Source: a virus
Taxonomy: Duplodnaviria > Caudoviricetes
Length of the DNA: 64,000 bases
Direction: 5' to 3' (one strand)
IMG/VR virus record: IMGVR_UViG_3300015606_001334
Location: 224,001-288,000 of that record
Shown: one piece after another, positions 61,103 through 64,000 of the stretch
How the letters are laid out: each line of letters begins with the position of its first letter
Position numbering within the stretch: position 1 is the stretch's first letter
The notes under the pieces: model-generated
The model's input: only the letters and a program-made list of their open reading frames with translations
What the model was told of the DNA's origin: nothing
The model's database searches: none
Made by a program: the position numbers and the translations under genes

Positions 61103-62473
61103 ATGTTTGGTGAATCATTTCCATTTATTACTGATGGTATCGTAAAGGATACTGAAGATCCGCAACAAAACGGACGTTTGAAAATCTGGTGTCCATCCCT
61201 CGATGGAGAAAATGTTGACATCGATTTTCTACCGTGGGCTGAGTATGCAACCCCATTTGGTGGGGTTACTAACGACTTCCAAACAGGAAGAAACAAAACT
61301 AAATCTTCAGGTCCAAAGTCGTATGGATTCTGGGCTCTACCAAAGATTGGTGCCCAAGTTCTTGTGTTCCTACTAAATGGAGACCCAAACCGTAGATTTT
61401 ATTTCGCTAGCTATTTTGGTTTACATCGCAACCGTTCCCTACCTGCTGGAAGAAACAAGAGTGAAAATAATGCAGATGGTCCATTCACTGACACGTATGA
61501 ACCTCTCCAACCTGCGTATGACAATTTTAGAATTGCTTTTCAGGGTAAAACAACCTCTCCTCAAGCAAGATCAAGAGGTGGTTTTGAACGACAAGTAGCT
61601 CAAGATCGAACCAACAAAGATGGGAGTGACGGTTATGCCACAAGCCCTGTCGACGAAAACTATCTTGACCCACAAACTTATTGCTTCACTACACCAGGAA
61701 ATCACACGATAATTCTAGACGATTCTGCTGATAATTGCAGAATTCGTATGAAAACCTGTGAAGGCAATCAAATCATCATCGATGATTCTAACGAGCGTAT
61801 TTACGTCTCAACATCCAAGGGTAAAACATGGATTGAACTCGATGAAGACGGTCATGTGCACATCTTTGGCTCTCAGTCAGTCTCAATGAGAGCAGGTAAA
61901 GATGTCAATATCTTTGCAGATAACAACATCAACCTAGAAGCTGGAAATAGTGTGAATGTGAAAGCGGTGAATGGAAATATCAAAGCTTCCTCAACTGGAG
62001 ATATTCATATTCGTTCAGGTTCTGGTTCGATTTATCAGACTGCTTGTAATGATTTCCACATTTGCTCTACTCATGGCTATTACATTTCGGCTGAGGAAGT
62101 CGATATCAGCTCTGAAACCTCAATTTTCCAAACTGCTTCTGGAGGTTCTGTGGACTTAAGAAGCTCAGGCGGTGTAAATATCGGAACTGGTAAAACCGCG
62201 ATGAACGTTCAAGATGGAAAGATGATGATTAAAGCAGACAGCATTGAAATGGATGCAGGAAGAAATCTAACATTTGGTGCAAGCGCAATTAACACCTTCT
62301 CAAATGGCGGAGCAGGCGGATCTTATTCTCCTTTCGGAAAGGCAGTTCCTCCTTCGGAGTCAACCAATTCGACATGTGCTGACCCAGCTGATAGTCCATC
62401 TGTCGTGCCAGGACATGAACCGTGGAAGCGTCCTGCGTCCGCAAAACCAAGAAATACATATTGGAGTGAATAA
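61103..62473 (+). CDS. gp5: Baseplate central spike, gp5-like (OB fold + beta-helix, no lysozyme domain)
   Basis: G.V.D.EDP...GRLK.W.P, LPWA, YGFW..P..G..VLV.F.NGD, then beta-repeats and PGHEPW. Confidence 0.85.
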   Translation: MFGESFPFITDGIVKDTEDPQQNGRLKIWCPSLDGENVDIDFLPWAEYATPFGGVTNDFQTGRNKTKSSGPKSYGFWALPKIGAQVLVFLLNGDPNRRFYFASYFGLHRNRSLPAGRNKSENNADGPFTDTYEPLQPAYDNFRIAFQGKTTSPQARSRGGFERQVAQDRTNKDGSDGYATSPVDENYLDPQTYCFTTPGNHTIILDDSADNCRIRMKTCEGNQIIIDDSNERIYVSTSKGKTWIELDEDGHVHIFGSQSVSMRAGKDVNIFADNNINLEAGNSVNVKAVNGNIKASSTGDIHIRSGSGSIYQTACNDFHICSTHGYYISAEEVDISSETSIFQTASGGSVDLRSSGGVNIGTGKTAMNVQDGKMMIKADSIEMDAGRNLTFGASAINTFSNGGAGGSYSPFGKAVPPSESTNSTCADPADSPSVVPGHEPWKRPASAKPRNTYWSE

Positions 62474-62847
62474 TGGCATTGTATAAAGGATTCTCCACCG
62501 CTAACTGGTTGGCAAATAAGAGCTTACGAATTTCAGATATTGACACTATCAAGGAAGATTTGAAGAATCATATCTTCACAAGATATGGCGAGAGAGTCAT
62601 GCAACCGGGATTTGGCACTCGAATTCCTGATATGACATTTGAACCAAACGATGAAGAAACTGTAAACATCATCGAAGAAGATGTTTTGAAGGTCATCAAT
62701 TATGACCCACGCGTTTCTCTCATATCGCTTGAAGTTATGCCAATACCGGATAATAACACAATCTTGATTCTAGCAACGGTAAATTACGTCGAACTTAACG
62801 TTCAAGGCGAATTAAATATCGATGTGAAAACCAGATCTTTCGTGTAA
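62473..62847 (+). CDS. gp25: Baseplate wedge protein, gp25-like
   Basis: IK.DL.NH..T..GERVM.P.FG..I....FEP, YDPRV. Confidence 0.9.
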   Translation: MALYKGFSTANWLANKSLRISDIDTIKEDLKNHIFTRYGERVMQPGFGTRIPDMTFEPNDEETVNIIEEDVLKVINYDPRVSLISLEVMPIPDNNTILILATVNYVELNVQGELNIDVKTRSFV

Positions 62848-62888
62848 AAAATAAATAAGAACTAGAAATCATTCTTTAGGATTACCTC

Positions 62889-64000
62889 ATGGGAATTAGA
62901 ACCACTAACAGTGCCGAAGCTTGGGAAAAGGTTTATGAAGCCTTTGATTCAATCAATTTTACTGCGTTTGACTACGACACCGTCAAGCAGTCATTGATTG
63001 ACTACCTCAAGATCTATTACAAAGAACACTTCAATGACTTTATCGAGTCCTCAGAATTTGTTGCGTTCTTAGGAATCTTCGCATACTTTGCTGAAATTCT
63101 TGCGTATCGTATTGACGTTAACGCAAACGAAAACTTTATTACCACAGCACAAAGAAAACAATCTTTGCTAAAGCTAGCGAAGATCATTTCTTACAAGGTC
63201 AGCCGTAATATTCCAGCTCGTGGACTAGTAAAGATTTCCTCAATCTCTACTTCGGAAGAAATTACCGACTCCCAAGGTAACAACCTAAAGAACGTGGTAG
63301 TCAACTGGAACGATCCAAATAATTCAAACTGGAAAGAGCAATTCTTCCTAGTTCTAGATCGTGCAATCACTGGTAAAATTGGTCAGCCTCAGAAGTCTTT
63401 CCAGATCGGTGATGTCGCGATGCAGCTTTACAGCTTCAACAACGACATTGGATCATTCCGAAACGGCGTTTACTCTTACACTGTTGATACTGGCCTCGAA
63501 CAGATTCCAATGGAAATTGTCCCATCTGACCTAGATAGTAACGGACCATTCGAGAAGACCCCTGACAACAACGCTAAGATGACACTAATCTACTCAACTG
63601 ATGGAGTTGGAGATTCGTCTGATTACACCGGATTCATGCTGTTCACTAAGCAGGGTATTCTATCCCAGATTGATTACACCTTTGCTACTTCCATTCCTAA
63701 CCGAGTACTTGACATCAACCTCAATGACATCAACGAAACTGACGTTTGGTTGCAAAGAGTTGATGCTAATGGCGCAATCGCAGAAAACTGGGATCTAGTT
63801 GAGACCGTCAATGAAGAGAACTTGCTCTTCAACAATGTGGCTTCTCGTAAGAAATTCGAAATCGAAACACTTGAAAACAACCGTATCCGAATGGTCTTCG
63901 GTGCTGGTGATTTTTCTGATATTCCTCTTGGTAATTTCAAGATTTGGGCTCGTCAGTCTCAAAACGCTAACATTATCATTCAGAAGAATCGCATCCTAAA
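62889..64000 (+). CDS. gp6: Baseplate wedge protein, gp6-like (truncated by the window end)
   Basis: Hand translation MGIRTTNSAEAWEKVYEAF..NFTAFDYDTVKQSLIDYLKIYYKEHFNDFIESSE...AYRID.NANENFITTAQRKQS..KLA. Absent from the ORF track because it has no stop; ATAAATA at 62851..62857. Confidence 0.88.
   Translation, partial: MGIRTTNSAEAWEKVYEAFDSINFTAFDYDTVKQSLIDYLKIYYKEHFNDFIESSEFVAFLGIFAYFAEILAYRIDVNANENFITTAQRKQSLLKLAKIISYKVSRNIPARGLVKISSISTSEEITDSQGNNLKNVVVNWNDPNNSNWKEQFFLVLDRAITGKIGQPQKSFQIGDVAMQLYSFNNDIGSFRNGVYSYTVDTGLEQIPMEIVPSDLDSNGPFEKTPDNNAKMTLIYSTDGVGDSSDYTGFMLFTKQGILSQIDYTFATSIPNRVLDINLNDINETDVWLQRVDANGAIAENWDLVETVNEENLLFNNVASRKKFEIETLENNRIRMVFGAGDFSDIPLGNFKIWARQSQNANIIIQKNRIL

Noticed and set aside
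429-63999. Numerous 60-195 aa ORFs antisense or out of frame to long genes (e.g. 11709..12296, 31040..31603, 42926..43444, 45900..46481, 63601..63999)
   Set aside because: Fully overlapped by well-supported genes, with no SD or motifs; expected shadow ORFs.
1-64000. Alternative genetic code (stop-codon reassignment)
   Set aside because: Core genes are full length under the standard code and coding density is high.

Overview
64 kb of a large, lytic, T4-superfamily (Tevenvirinae-like, probably jumbo) myovirus genome; AT-rich and gene dense. I found no tRNA, rRNA, CRISPR array or integrase. All calls are by eye from sequence motifs, with no database searches. Core modules: head (portal gp20, protease gp21, scaffold gp22, major capsid gp23), neck/tail (gp13, gp14, gp15, sheath gp18, tube gp19, gp4, tape-measure-like), baseplate (gp26/51-like, gp53, hub, gp5, gp25, gp6 truncated at the window end), recombination (gp46/gp47, resolvase-like), late sigma gp55, rIIA/rIIB and DenV-like. 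Two promoter classes are visible (TTTACA-N17-TAnAAT and late ATAAATA), plus GGGAG-stem terminators. Best candidates for new biology: (1) a cluster coupling myo-inositol-1-phosphate synthase, a HAD phosphatase, a methyltransferase, an aGPT-pyrophosphorylase/amino-acid:DNA-transferase-like HhH enzyme and an SGNH-like protein. It suggests inositol-based DNA hypermodification and carries a structured anti-SD leader, twin palindromes and LIxF clamp-like tails. (2) About 18 late proteins with a T4 capsid-targeting-like N-terminus, including 7 LRR-like paralogs with a shared C-terminal QDxLIDAG motif and 4 ADP-ribosyltransferase-like proteins. (3) A likely programmed -1 frameshift joining the gp26-like and gp51-like ORFs next to the tape-measure gene. 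(4) A minimal family-A (TV-Pol-like) polymerase.
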